NCBI RefSeq assembly: GCF_001194135.2
Contig: NC_068986.1
Span: forward strand, 44,765,462 to 44,829,461
DNA length: 64,000 nucleotides
DNA from: Octopus bimaculoides
Lineage: Eukaryota
Reading direction: 5' to 3'
The notes under the pieces are model-generated. The model saw only the letters and a list, made by a program, of their open reading frames with translations, was not told the origin of the DNA and did not search any database. Of this stretch, positions 13,576-27,300 are shown piece by piece. The position numbers were made by a program, and so were the translations under genes. The stretch's first letter is position 1, and the number at the start of each line of letters is the position of its first letter.

Positions 13576-16500
13576 GCCTTTGCACAGCTTCTAATGCTGG
13601 TACAGGTAGGTAAAATATGGTCAGTAGAAGGTTAGCTTCTCATACGGTGTCAGCTGTTCACTACCAGTGAACTAAGATAACACCTCTTATTTTTCAAGCA
13701 CCTTTCAGAGTATTCGAGCAGTTCCAAGCAGTACTGTTTTCTGCAAGTGCTCCATTCTTATTGCATCCCCTATTTGTTCCATGTACTTCTCGAGATTTTT
13801 ACTCACTGTTCCCAGGGCTCTGACAATTATTGGTACCATTACCACCTTTTTCATCGACCATAACTGCTTTACTTCCCAAGATAACCTGTCATACCTATCG
13901 ACTTTTCTTTATTCCTTATTGCATACCTTGTTGTCAGCTGGACATGGTATATCTATGATCCAGCATAGTTTGCTTTCTTTCTCAATTAACACTATGTCTG
14001 GTTATGATATCCGTGGGGCAGCTGATGATGGAGGTAAGTTGGATTGTTGGTATGGCTGTGGAATAGTATTATAACACATCCTTTTAATATATGAATTTCT
14101 TTATAGATTACTCCACATCTTGAAATACTAACAGGAATTGTCAGCATACCCAGTGAAATCAATGATGTAACATATGGCTTGCTTGGGTTTGCAAATAACA
14201 ATATAACAGATGACTTTCTTGGGCGTAATGGTCAAATGTGGCCCACAAACAGCTCTGACAGACAACTTTTTGAATTCGGAGAAACATGTGAGTGTGATTC
14301 TTTAAACAGATTCCAAACTGAATTAAACTAAATTTTAAAGCAATCAGATTTAAAATTATGAACTTCAGAAAAGCATTTCCCAAAATCTTGGTCTAGAGTA
14401 AAGTTTGAGTGAGAAAGTTTTAGTGATGTACTAAATTTTGTCCACTAAAATACATAGGAGTGTCACAGATGGTTGAACCTATATGAGTCTAGCCTAATGG
14501 TTTCATGTGATTTTTAACTTACCACTAGCACTGCTCCAAGTACCAGGCAAAGGCCCTCCCCCCAGTAGTTCAGTCCATCTAATCATAAAAAGTTGTTTAC
14601 TTCAAAGTCAAATTTGTCCAAGCTTTCCAACTGTAACCATGCTGTTTTTTTTAAGAATATATAATATTGCTTAATTTGACGTGTTCTTTCCATATTTAGG
14701 ACATTAGGGTGTGATTTCACATAAATTTGACAGCTGTTTTATGCAGGTCGAGTGACTGTTTAGGGATTCACATATTGGCTCCCTGATTGGCTTATGTTGA
14801 AGCTCCTTCATTGGTACATTGTAAATGCAGTTATATGAAAATCAAGTAATTACTGTATATTTGATAAGAACTTTTGTTTGCTCATTGTGCTGAATTCAAA
14901 TTTACCTCTGGTTGTGCATGGAAATGGATGTATTCAGTCAGACTAACTTGTTCCAAATCAACTATATAAATAGGAAGTTGACTAGTGGTACCTTTGTTAT
15001 GTAATAACTTTAGTGAATGATGTAATTGTAAAATATTAGTGATTCTTACATTCAAATAGATGGACTGATACACACTAATTTGCACTTCTAAGATTTTATT
15101 TTTTATTGTGGTACAGTACAATGCTGGTGGCAAAACATTGCTTGATTCTCTTTGAAATAAATCATATTACATTTAAAACAGCTAAAATAAACTAAAATAT
15201 CAGTGAATATGTCATTGTTGCATAATAAAGAAAAACCTTGATACTATTAATTTTAGGAAGTATCTAAGCAGAGATTCAGTAACTGCTGTTCTTTAAATTC
15301 TACAAGTGAATAGCAATGTCATATTAGTTTTTATAAAGAATTTATATTTGATTTTTCTGAATAAAAATCTTTAAACCATTTATTTTTCTTTAGGGAGGGT
15401 GAGAGTAAATGAATCTTTATTTACTTACACTAAAAAAAGAACATTTAGTTCTTACCACAACCTAAGCTTTGTGCCACGATTTTTTGATGAGATGAATTTG
15501 ACATTGCTGTTTTCTGGAAATACTGCTTTATTAGAAGAAACTATGCAGGTAGGTAATGAAAATTAATGATTTTGATTATACTTTTACAATGATGTTTTGA
15601 CAAATATTACCATGCTTCGTTTTCACTTTTTTTAAATTCAGGAATACTTCAAAATGTTTTCTTTTTTAATCTGACATGAATTTTGATTGAAATTATACAC
15701 TGAAAAAGAAAAACAGTGAAGCCCTTCATTACCAATCTGCTGTCCACTGCTTATCTTTAGCTTTGCTGGAATTAAGTAAATGTGAAACAAATAATCCACT
15801 AAAATTATATTGATATACAAAAATATATTGAATTCAAGCCAACATTTAATGAAATAAAAATATATTTTGAGAAAAACAACAGCTTTATGGTCAAAACTTT
15901 AATAAGATACTTGAAACAATGTTCACAATTAGAGAAATCCAGTCAGCCAACCAGCCATCTTCTCCACCTAGTATTCCTGAAGGAATGGGGTTACAGTCCT
16001 CACGTACCTCCTCCATAAGGTCTTTTCAGAAATAACCATTATTAGACATTTTGGCTTAATTCTCAAGCGTGACCAACTGAGACTATTAATATTATCTAAC
16101 CATCTCATTCTTGGTCTACCCCTTGGTCTCCTACTGGTTGGCTCAGTCTGAAGAATCTGTCTTGTGATTATTTCCAGTGACATTCTAATCAGAGACTTTA
16201 CTGAATCAACTGAAGATGCTGAAGATGTTGAAATAGAGTGGAGATTGTTTTGGTCTGCAGTTTCTTATTCAGCTGTACAATGTTATAGAAGAAAATGGTT
16301 TGGTGTGGCTCTGGAAGGTAAAAGAACTCCTAGTTTAACCAGGAAGTTAAAAAAAAATGCCATTCACATAAACAAAGAATTTTATAAAGCTTGGCTTGGA
16401 ATCAAGTCACCCCTTTTATGCAGACTATGCACTGAGGCATGAAAAACTGCAGCAGAAACAGTAAAATAATCTAAGGCTGGGTTATGGGAGGACTCTGGGG

Positions 16501-17738
16501 CTAAGCTGGGCTCTGACTATGGACTGGTCAATAAAGTATTCTGGAAGACCATCCACCAACTACATAACAAAAAGCCCTCTTCCACACCTGCCATTAAGAA
16601 CTTGGCTGAGATTCTGCTCACAACAGAAAAGAGCATTGTTGAGAGGAGGAGAAAATACTTTTCTGATCTAAATCCAGTCACAATAAAATCTATTGATGCA
16701 CATGAGGTGCATTTAGTGGGTAAAGACTAACCTCGGAGAGACTGAGCCCATAGGGGTGATGAAAGTGCTCAAATGTAGCAAGGCTTCTGAAGAGTATGAA
16801 ATTCAACCTGAGATATTAAAAACCTTAAATAGAGAAGGTATTCTCTGGCTGATGCATGTATACCAACTGGCTTGGACCTCTGAAAAGGCAACAAAGCAAT
16901 GGTAATTTAAGAAATAAATTATATATTCTTATATCAGTTGAGAGGTGAATTTGAACGTTTTGTTAAAAATGAAAATTCACTATTTAAATAAATTTTTGAA
17001 CATCAAAAATGTATAGTATCTAATTTCTGCTTTTGTATTTCCACTATATAATTCTTGATCAAAATATTCTTTACCTACAGCAATGTTCAAATTACTCCTT
17101 TTATGAGGCCTGCCTCCAAGATTCTGCAAAAATGCAAGATGTCCAAGCAGCCATCCAAGGTGCAGAGATGCATACAGAGGCACTAAGTCTTCAGAAATAT
17201 TTCGGTAAATTTGTTTATAGTTGCACTAACTGCTTCTGTAGTTTGTTTTTGTCATTTCTGTTCATATTCCCAATATATTTGTTACTTTCTGAACAAAGAT
17301 ATTGTAATATCAGTTTTAGTTGTCTGAGATGCAGCACAGTAGAACTAAACCTAACACCATTTGGTTGCAACATGAACTTGTTAACCACACAAGAATGCTT
17401 GCTATATTCATAATTGTTTGTTAGTAAATGAGGATATTTCTTTTTACTGAATTGCTTCATATAGGTGAATGATGTCAACTGTAGTCATTTGGGAATCTCT
17501 ATGCTTTTCTACATCTGCCTATTGCCTTTTAATGGGAGCAAAAAGTATGTCTTCAGGTGGACATATTTACATCTTTCACTCTGATGCAGTCATGGCTAGG
17601 AGGTCGAGAAGTTTGCATACCAACCACATGGTTTTGGGGTCAGTCCTACTGTGTGGCACCTTGGGAAAGTGTTTTCCACTATAGCACTGGGCCAACCAAA
17701 ACCTTGAGTGGATTTGGTAGGAAGAAACTGAAAGAAGG

Positions 17739-17793
<55 letters not shown>

Positions 17794-18254
17794 NNNNNNN
17801 NNNNNNNNNNNNNNNNNNNNNNNNNNNNNNNNNNNNNNNNNNNNNNNNNNNNNNNNNNNNNNNNNNNNNNNNNNNNNNNNNNNNNNNNNNNNNNNNNNNN
17901 NNNNNNNNNNNNNNNNNNNNNNNNNNNNNNNNNNNNNNACTTGTATGGGTTGGATAGAATCATGGTTATGATGATGACTATTATTATTATTATTATTATT
18001 GTTGCTGTTGTTCTTCTTCTCGTTAAGGCAGTGAACTAGCAGACTCATTAGTACACCATGAAAAGTGCTTAGCAGCATTTTGTCCATCTTTACATTCTGA
18101 GTTCAAATTCCACCAAGGTCAACTTTACCTTTCATCCTTTCAGGGTCGATAAATTAAGTACCATTTGAGTACTGGGGTCGATGTGGTCAACGGCCCCCAC
18201 CCAGTAAATCCAGGCCTTGTGCCTATAGCAGAAAGGATCATTGTTATTATTATT

Positions 18255-18306
<52 letters not shown>

Positions 18307-18309
18307 TTG

Positions 18310-18370
<61 letters not shown>

Positions 18371-20305
18371 CATTATTATTATTTTCATTAGCATCTTCTT
18401 TCAATTCTGTTTCCATTTCTTGCTGAGTGTCTTCCTAACACCTAGGGCACAGAAACGTACTGTATACATTGGTAGGCCATTAAAATAAACACACCAGATT
18501 GTACATTTACAAAGTCATGTGAAAGAGAAAGGGGAAAGACAGAGAGAAAAAGGAAAAAATAAAAAATAAAAAGTAAACAAATAAAATAAAGGGGGAAAAA
18601 TGGAAAGAAAATTCTCAATACATGTGACATACCAGTTAAGAAAATCTTTTGCACTTCCTGCATGGATGGTAAGTCAGGGATCATTCTTAAATAATTTTCA
18701 GTTCCTTTTTTTATCATTCCAAGTGCTCTTACAATCACTGGTATTGTAACCGTCTTGAGATACCACATCTTTTTGATTTTGATTCACAAATCTTTATATT
18801 TTCGGAGCTTATCAAATTCTTTTGCAGAGATATTATGGTCACAGGGTATGCTCATGTCAATCAATAAACAGACTTTATTATTTTGATCTTTCACAACAAT
18901 ATCTAGTTTATTTGCTTTGATGGTCTGGTCTGTACATACTGGGAAGTCCCAAAGAATAGTCACATTTTCTCCCTCAGTTACAGTCTCAGGGTGGTGCTTG
19001 TACCATTTCTCAGCAGTTTTGATTTTATGATGCTAACACATTATCCGATGTAGATAGTGGCCAACTCTGTCATGTCTTGATTTGTACTCTACAGGTGTTA
19101 AAACCTTACACCCAAGATTAGGTGGTCCATTGTTTCTATCCCATCGTTGCAGTATCGGCACTCTGGATCTACACCATCTTTCATCACATTGGCTTGATAC
19201 TTCTGGGTCAATAAACTCTGATCTTGAGCAGCAAAGATAAAGCCTTCACTCTCTGCCTTTAGCCCTGAGCTCCATAACCACTGATGGGTGTGCTTCTGGT
19301 CTACATCAGCTTGTTTGCTACGGGACACATATTTGCCATGCAGAGGTTTTTGTTCCCACATATCAGCCAATTGTTCAAACACATTTTGCTTTGCTATTGA
19401 ACTCACTTTCTTTGTAACTACAGTTGCTGCACTTCCATCATGCTGTTCAACCTACATATTATGCATAAACTCACTTGAAATGTTTTGCTCTCCTTCATAA
19501 CAGAATGAAGCTTCTTCATGAATGAAGCTTATTATTGTTGTTGTTGTTGTTGTTGTTGTTGTTAAGGCAGTGAACTAGCAGAATCATTAGCATGCCAGGC
19601 AAAATTCTTAGCGGTATTTCATCTGCCGCTACGTTCTGAGCTCAAATTCCACCAAAGTTGACTTTGCCTGTCATCCTTTCGGGGCCAATAAATTAAGTAC
19701 CAGTGAAACATACCCTTATACCCCTCACCCACAATGTCAGGCCTTGTGCCTATGGTAGAAAGGATTATTATTATCATTGTTAAGGCGGTGAACTGGCAGA
19801 ATCAATAGTACACCTTGAAAAATGCTTAGTGACATTTTGTCCGTCTTGACATGCTGAGTTCGAATTCTACAGAAGTCGATTTTACCCTTCCTCCTTTCTG
19901 GGTTGATAAAATAAGTAATCAGTTGAGTTCTGAGGTTGATGTAATCAATTTTTCTTCCTCCTCCAACATTGCTGGCCTTGTTCCAAAATTTAGAATCTAT
20001 ACACACAACAGATTAAACTGTTGGAAAAAAAAATTCCTAACATCAGACTACAACAAGAACTCTCAGATGCCATAGACATTCCTGCTCTATAGATGCTGTT
20101 TTGCATTGACTTCCTCAAATGTAGTTTGTTGTAGGTTAAGCCTTTGATGCATCCTTGTGTGGTTTCTGGGGAATAATCATATCATTTAGTGTACTTTTTA
20201 CTTGTTTTGGTTACTGGTTACTGCAGAGGTAAACAAGTTGCATGGGTAAACAAACCATCACCAGTTGTCAAACAGTTGTGGGGACAAACATCAGCACAAA
20301 GGCAT

Positions 20306-20364
<59 letters not shown>

Positions 20365-23300
20365 TGCACATGCACACTAACACACACATACACCAAGATA
20401 CGTGGGACCTGACCATACTCAAGAGGATCTGTACTCCGCAGACGAATTATTAAGACTGATCATTCTGGTGAAGACCTGTACTCTGCAGCAGAAATGTTAA
20501 AACCGATTCCTCTGCTGATGTAAAACACTCATAGCAGTGCCACATAAAAGTACCTATGTAATGCCACATAAAAGCACCTGTGTGGTACCAGGTACCAAAT
20601 AAAAGCATCCAGTACACTCTGTAAAGCAGTTGGCATTAAGAGGGGCATCCAGTCATAAAAACCATGCCAAAACAGACAACTGGAGCCTGGTGCAGCCCCG
20701 TCCCAGCTTGCAAGCTCTGGTCACACTGTCCAACCCATGCCAGCTCAGACAACGGACATAAAATGATGCTGATGATGATGATTGGACTTCCACACAGTTT
20801 CCATCTACCAAATTCACTCATGAGACATTAGTCAGTTCAGGACTAAGTTGAAGGGAGACTTTCCAAAGGTGTGTGCAAAGCAATTTTTTTAACCACATTT
20901 TTTTTACTTATTAATTTCAGAACAAATAATTCCAATACTAAAGCAGACACCAAAAGTTCTTTCAGTACAAATTTACAAGAATTTAACATTTAAACTTGAG
21001 CTTGAAAGGAATATTTCAACACCAGTTTCTTTCCGAGTGAAAACTAATTGCAAAAATTACCAATTTGATGAAAAGACAGGTATTTTCAACTGGACCCCAC
21101 TCACAAGTGATCCTTGTAGACTGAGATTCCATTCATTTAGTAACACCCATGTGTCACCGGAATATTGGCCATCAATTCATTTCTGTAACTGTAAAAATGG
21201 AGGGGAGTGTGATATTCACACAGAACAGCACACATCAAAGGAAAATAAAGGTAACTTTTTCTTTATTTTTGAGCATCTTTTGCTTTTATATTCTTCATTC
21301 TTTTTTTTTTTTATCACTTTTTCTGCTGTTAGTTTGATCCTAAACAAACGCACACACACACACATGAATGCTGAACAAGAGACAGATGACATATTCATAT
21401 ATTTTATCTTTTTCTTCTATCTGTTACTCATTTCAGTCATTAGATTGTGGCCATGCTGGAGCACTGCCTTGAATGGGTTTTTTTTTTCAGTTAATCAAAT
21501 TATCCTCCAGTACTTATTTTTTAAAGTCTAGCACTAATTCTATCATAGGGATCCTTTTGAAAAGTCTTTGTGTACTGATTTTGGTTTTGTAATATTTATA
21601 TTTTTATAACTTCCTGTGAGGGCACGTGGCTTAGTGGTTAGGGTGTTTGGTTCATGATTGCAAGGTCGTGAGTTCAATCCTGGCAGTGTGTTGTGTCCTT
21701 GGGCAAAACACTTTATTTTACATTGCTCCAGTCCACTCAGCTGGCAAAAATGAGTCATACCTGTATTTCAAATGGCCAGCCTTGTTACACTCTGTGTCAT
21801 GCTGAATCTCCTTGAGAACTATGTTAAGGGTACACGTGTGTGTGTGTGGAGTACTCAGTCATGAGCAGGCTGTTCCATTGAGCGGATTAACTGGAATCCT
21901 TGTTATCATAACCAATGGAGTGCCATATTATATTACATTTAACTTTCCACAGCATAAGAATGCATTTCAAATCAGGACCAACAGCAAGGGAAACTGCTGT
22001 TAATTATATTACTCTACAGTTCTCTTTCTGCTTACAATAATGAACTGTACCTCCCATGATACTTTTCTATAAGAAGTTTGTTGTTGGCACTCCGTCACTT
22101 ACGATGTCGAGGGTTCCAGTTGATCCGATCAACGGAACAGGCTGCTCGTGAAATTAACGTGCAAGTGGCTGAGCACTCCACAGACACGTGCACCCTTAAC
22201 ATAGTTCTTGGGGATATTCAGCGTGACACAGTGTGACAAGGCTGACCCTTTGAATTACAAGCACAACAGAAACAGGAAGTAAGAGTGAGAGAAAGTAGTG
22301 GTGAAAGAGTACAGCAGGGTTCGCCACCATCCCCTGCCGGAGCCTCATGGAGCTTCAGGTGTTTCCGCTCAATAAACACTCACAACGCCCGGTCTGGGAA
22401 TCAAAACCGCGATCCTATGACTGCGAGTCCGCTGCCCTAACCACTGGGCCATTGCGCCTCTACTCTATAAGAAGTACTGGGCTAGTAAAGAATTGATTGT
22501 CTTTGCCAGAAACATAATATAATACTCATTCCAAATTGTGAATTTTTAATTCTTATAAAGTCACACATGTAGTGATGTGTAGGCGGTAAATGACAAGATG
22601 AAAAATATTAATTGATATGGCTTTTAATTTTTGTTACAATGTAAGATACAACTTCTACAAGCTGTTGTACACAGATTATTTGAGGTTCTGTTATTCATTC
22701 CGTAGGTAGTTAAGTTCATCTTTTGTTGACCGCTAGGAGAACAGATGGAAGAGGGGGGAGAAAAAGTAAAAAGAATTTATCCCTCTGTGTTGACAAGTAG
22801 AGAGAGTGTAAGTTGTATAGTTCTTCAGTGACAAGCCATAAGTGAAGTGAGTAAAATGCACATGTGCTCTTCCAGTGAAGGGCCAAGTGAAAGAGACTGA
22901 ACTGAGTTTGGGTTCTGTATTTATACTTTTTTCTAAGTAAATCAGGTCAGGCTAAGCAAAGGATTCTTCTTCTATTATCTGCCTTGAGCTTAGTTTGACT
23001 TGAAATATTCACAGGTTAACAGCTGACTTTCATAAATTTCCTAATGCAAATGCCAAGAACAATTGAAAGGTACTTGTAGAAAAATTTAAGCAAGGTTTCA
23101 AATTTTGGAAACTATTCACTGCACACACATAGTATTTTAGTTTTTTAATTTGTTTTAATNNNNNNNNNNNNNNNNNNNNNNNNNNNNNNNNNNNNNNNNN
23201 NNNNNNNNNNNNNNNNNNNNNNNNNNNNNNNNNNNNNNNNNNNNNNNNNNNNNNNNNNNNNNNNNNNNNNNNNNNNNNNNNNNNNNNNNNNNNNNNNNNN

Positions 23301-24357
23301 NNNNNNNNNNNNNNNNNNNNNNNNNNNNNNNNNNNNNNNNNNNNNNNNNNNNNNNNNNNNNNNNNNNNNNNNNNNNNNNNNNNNNNNNNNNNNNNNNNNN
23401 NNNNNNNNNNNNNGTGAGGCCAACATTATTTTCTGTATGTAAGATGTTTACACTTGAATCTAAGAGCATGTAATTTGAGTAAACTTTCTCTCAGAGTGAG
23501 TATAAAGGATCTCCAAATTACAATAAGTCTCATTCCTAATCACTAATACTTATTGAATTTAGTTTTCAATCCAAAACGATGTTTATCAAGACTATTGATA
23601 AGGTTGCAAGACGCAACGAAAATTTTAGGAAAATAAAAAGAAAAATAAGTGGAAATTTTACCGGTGAGTGTTAAATTTTAAGGCACAATAAGAAAATGAC
23701 TCTCCCCAAACACAACAGAATATGCTTCAACACACGAAATCACATAAAAAATCTTGCAAACCAAATCCAAAAACGAAATATAGTAAGACTATTTTACAGA
23801 AATATAAGTTATTACCTTACCATGTTAAGTATGTAATGTATCATTAAACATTTACATATTAACTATGTTACAGATAAATTTTACAAAGTTGCATGTATTT
23901 GTCCAAAGAATTTTGGTGGAGACCAGTGTGAAGTAAGACCTTGTAATTTAAGCCATTGTCATGAGAATGTGCGATGTAAAGAAAAGTCTGGCATTCCAGT
24001 GTGTGGTAACTGTCCATTTTCAATGGTTGGGACAGGCAAGGTTTGTTATGGTAAATATATTTGCCTATTTTTAACCAGTACATATTTTTGGTATAAATAA
24101 AGTGGTGAACTGGTAGAATCATTAGCATGCCAGGCGAAATGCTTAGCGGCATTTCATCCATCTTTATGTTCTGAGTTCATATTCTTGGTATCACTACAGT
24201 TTACAGCTTTCTTTTTTCACATAAACTTTTACTTTCATGACCTGATAGCTTTTCCTTTGTTCAGTTTTTTATATAAACAAGCTATATATAATAACAAATG
24301 ACTATATACATACATAATACATACATACATACATACATACATACATACATGCATACA

Positions 24358-24393
<36 letters not shown>

Positions 24394-27300
24394 TATATAN
24401 NNNNNNNNNNNNNNNNNNNNNNNNNNNNNNNNNNNNNNNNNNNNNNNNNNNNNNNNNNNNNNNNNNNNNNNNNNNNNNNNNNNNNNNNNNNNNNNNNNNN
24501 NNNNNNNNNNNNNNNNNNNNNNNNNNNNNNNNNNNNNNNNNNNNNNNNNNNNNNNNNNNNNNNNNNNNNNNNNNNNNNNNNNNNNNNNNNNNNNNNNNNN
24601 NNNNNNNNNNNNNNNNNNNNNNNNNNNNNNNNNNNNNNNNNNNNNNNNNNNNNNNNNNNNNNNNNNNNNNNNNNNNNNNNNNNNNNNNNNNNNNNNNNNN
24701 NNNNNNNNNNNNNNNNNNNNNNNNNNNNNNNNNNNNNNNNNNNNNNNNNNNNNNNNNNNNNNNNNNNNNNNNNNNNNNNNNNNNNNNNNNNNNNNNNNNN
24801 NNNNNNNNNNNNNNNNNNNNNNNNNNNNNNNNNNNNNNNNNNNNNNNNNNNNNNNNNNNNNNNNNNNNNNNNNNNNNNNNNNNNNNNNNNNNNNNNNNNN
24901 NNNNNNNNNNNNNNNNNNNNNNNNNNNNNNNNNNNNNNNNNNNNNNNNNNNNNNNNNNNNNNNNNNNNNNNNNNNNNNNNNNNNNNNNNNNNNNNNNNNN
25001 NNNNNNNNNNNNNNNNNNNNNNNNNNNNNNNNNNNNNNNNNNNNNNNNNNNNNNNNNNNNNNNNNNNNNNNNNNNNNNNNNNNNNNNNNNNNNNNNNNNN
25101 NNNNNNNNNNNNNNNNNNNNNNNNNNNNNNNNNNNNNNNNNNNNNNNNNNNNNNNNNNNNNNNNNNNNNNNNNNNNNNNNNNNNNNNNNNNNNNNNNNNN
25201 NNNNNNNNNNNNNNNNNNNNNNNNNNNNNNNNNNNNNNNNNNNNNNNNNNNNNNNNNNNNNNNNNNNNNNNNNNNNNNNNNNNNNNNNNNNNNNNNNNNN
25301 NNNNNNNNNNNNNNNNNNNNNNNNNNNNNNNNNNNNNNNNNNNNNNNNNNNNNNNNNNNNNNNNNNNNNNNNNNNNNNNNNNNNNNNNNNNNNNNNNNTA
25401 TATATATATATATATATATATCCATATATATTCATATATATATAAAGAGAAAGGAGAAGAGAGAGAGAGAGAGAGAGAGTAGGGTTCTAGTTTCCATCTA
25501 TCAATTCCTCTCACAAGGCATTGTTTGACCTGAAGCACTTGTCCAAAGTGACACTCAATCAGACTGAACTTAAGACAACATTGTTGAGAAGTAACCTTCT
25601 AAAGAAAGAAAATTGCAAAACTAATCTTTGTAATCATTTTCATAAATGTAACAATTATTTTCAATATTTTGTGTCTAGGGTTTTGTTCTATTATACCATG
25701 CAAAAATGGTGGGTCATGTGACAGGATGAAGAATGGAACATACTACTGCAAGTAAAATGAAATTTTATCTTCTTATTTTCCTTAATGAAATGTAATGTCT
25801 TGCTTCTTTTAATGTAATTGTTTTGTTCAAGATATGTTGTATTTTCTTATGTTGTATTTTCTTATGTTGTATTTTCTTATGTTGTATTTTCTTTTGTTGT
25901 ATTTCTTGATTTGAAGTTTGAGAAATATTTGTTAGGTATTAAATACGATAAAGAAATTTATCTATAATCTCTCTAATCTGTATAATTCACCAAGAAAATT
26001 AGTAAATTATATTTTATTTTATATTTATCATGTGAATAATAAATTTCTCCTGATGACTAAAGAAGATACATTATTTTTCTTTTATTCAAAGATGCCAAGA
26101 AGGTTTTGGGGGATATTTTTGTGAAGGAAGTAATGTTAATATCAGTAAGTACAACTTAATTCTTTTTAAAAAATTGATTTTGCTTCTTTGTTTTGAAGGT
26201 AAAACCCAGTTTGTGTTCAATTAATTTTACAAATGAGATTTCTTTCATAAAATTTTCATTTCAATCAAAGATTTTTTTTTCCTAAACAAAATTAAAACTG
26301 TAATGGTAAAATTTTGCTGCACATTTTACTCTTAGTTTCTCTACAGAGAAACCATCTAATTAGTTACAAAAAAATCAATTATAAAGTCTAAGTCCTTTAT
26401 ACTTAAAATAGAACTTATTGCAGCAATACTTGTTTCTCCTAGCAACTAGTTACAAACTGTTTTACAACCATGCTTTCTCCCTCTATGAGTATCTACCCCA
26501 AACTATGGAAGTTCCTGATGATGTGTGCTGAAACCAATAATTCAACTTCTCCAATCTTGCCAAATACTGACCCATCATACTCAATTTAAACATCTCAACA
26601 GTGAGGGGGAACAATTGTAGACAATAATCACCCTTGTAATCTTGTTTCCTTTTCATCTCAGTTGCTACCAATTCCATTTCCAGAAAGTTACATCTTCTTG
26701 AGACTTGTAGTCCTTTTAAACATGCTCAGAATTGACAAAATTAATGTTATCCCTCTAAACATCAGTAACAACCTTAGCTATGTTTAAATTAAGAACTTCC
26801 TAAAACAGTTGCCCACCTATGACCTTTATTTATCCGAGTACTCTGAAGCCAAAAAAGGAGTTTATAAATGGTTGCTCAACTGGCTAGAAGTAGCTGCCAA
26901 ATCTTCCTCATACCATATCTTCATAAAAATAGACTCGTTGGATAATGTAATCCTAGATATGCTTGAAAATAAGATAGGTTGGTGACAGCTGGAACACTTT
27001 TAATCATAGGTCTTTTCAATCAGGGCCTATAGTTTAAACAGTAACACAACTGCCCAACCCATAACACATCTCCTGTTTGATTATTCCATCTCAGTTTAAT
27101 AAGGCAGTGTGGAAACCACTTCAGTGTATTTTCTTGAAGATCCCTGAATGGTCCAATGAGCCAATTATGTCAAATGTTGTAACAATATGTATATTTCTTG
27201 GACAATTTTATCTCATTCAGTAATTTTCTCTGAGAAATTCTTGTCAAGTATTGCCAGATGGATTTTAGTGTAAATATTGCCAAAGATAGAGATCTAGAAG

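Noticed and set aside
24235-25538. Long ORFs in the supplied track (also 42961-44090, 53883-54579, 17557-18087, 62937-63308)
   Set aside because: Artefacts of translating N gaps and dinucleotide repeats
26470-26680. CTGATGA...GAAA hammerhead-like text and possible Tc1/Tc3 transposase traces (minus strand, SIVWGRYS)
   Set aside because: Stem II and stem III do not pair; transposase similarity is too fragmentary to call
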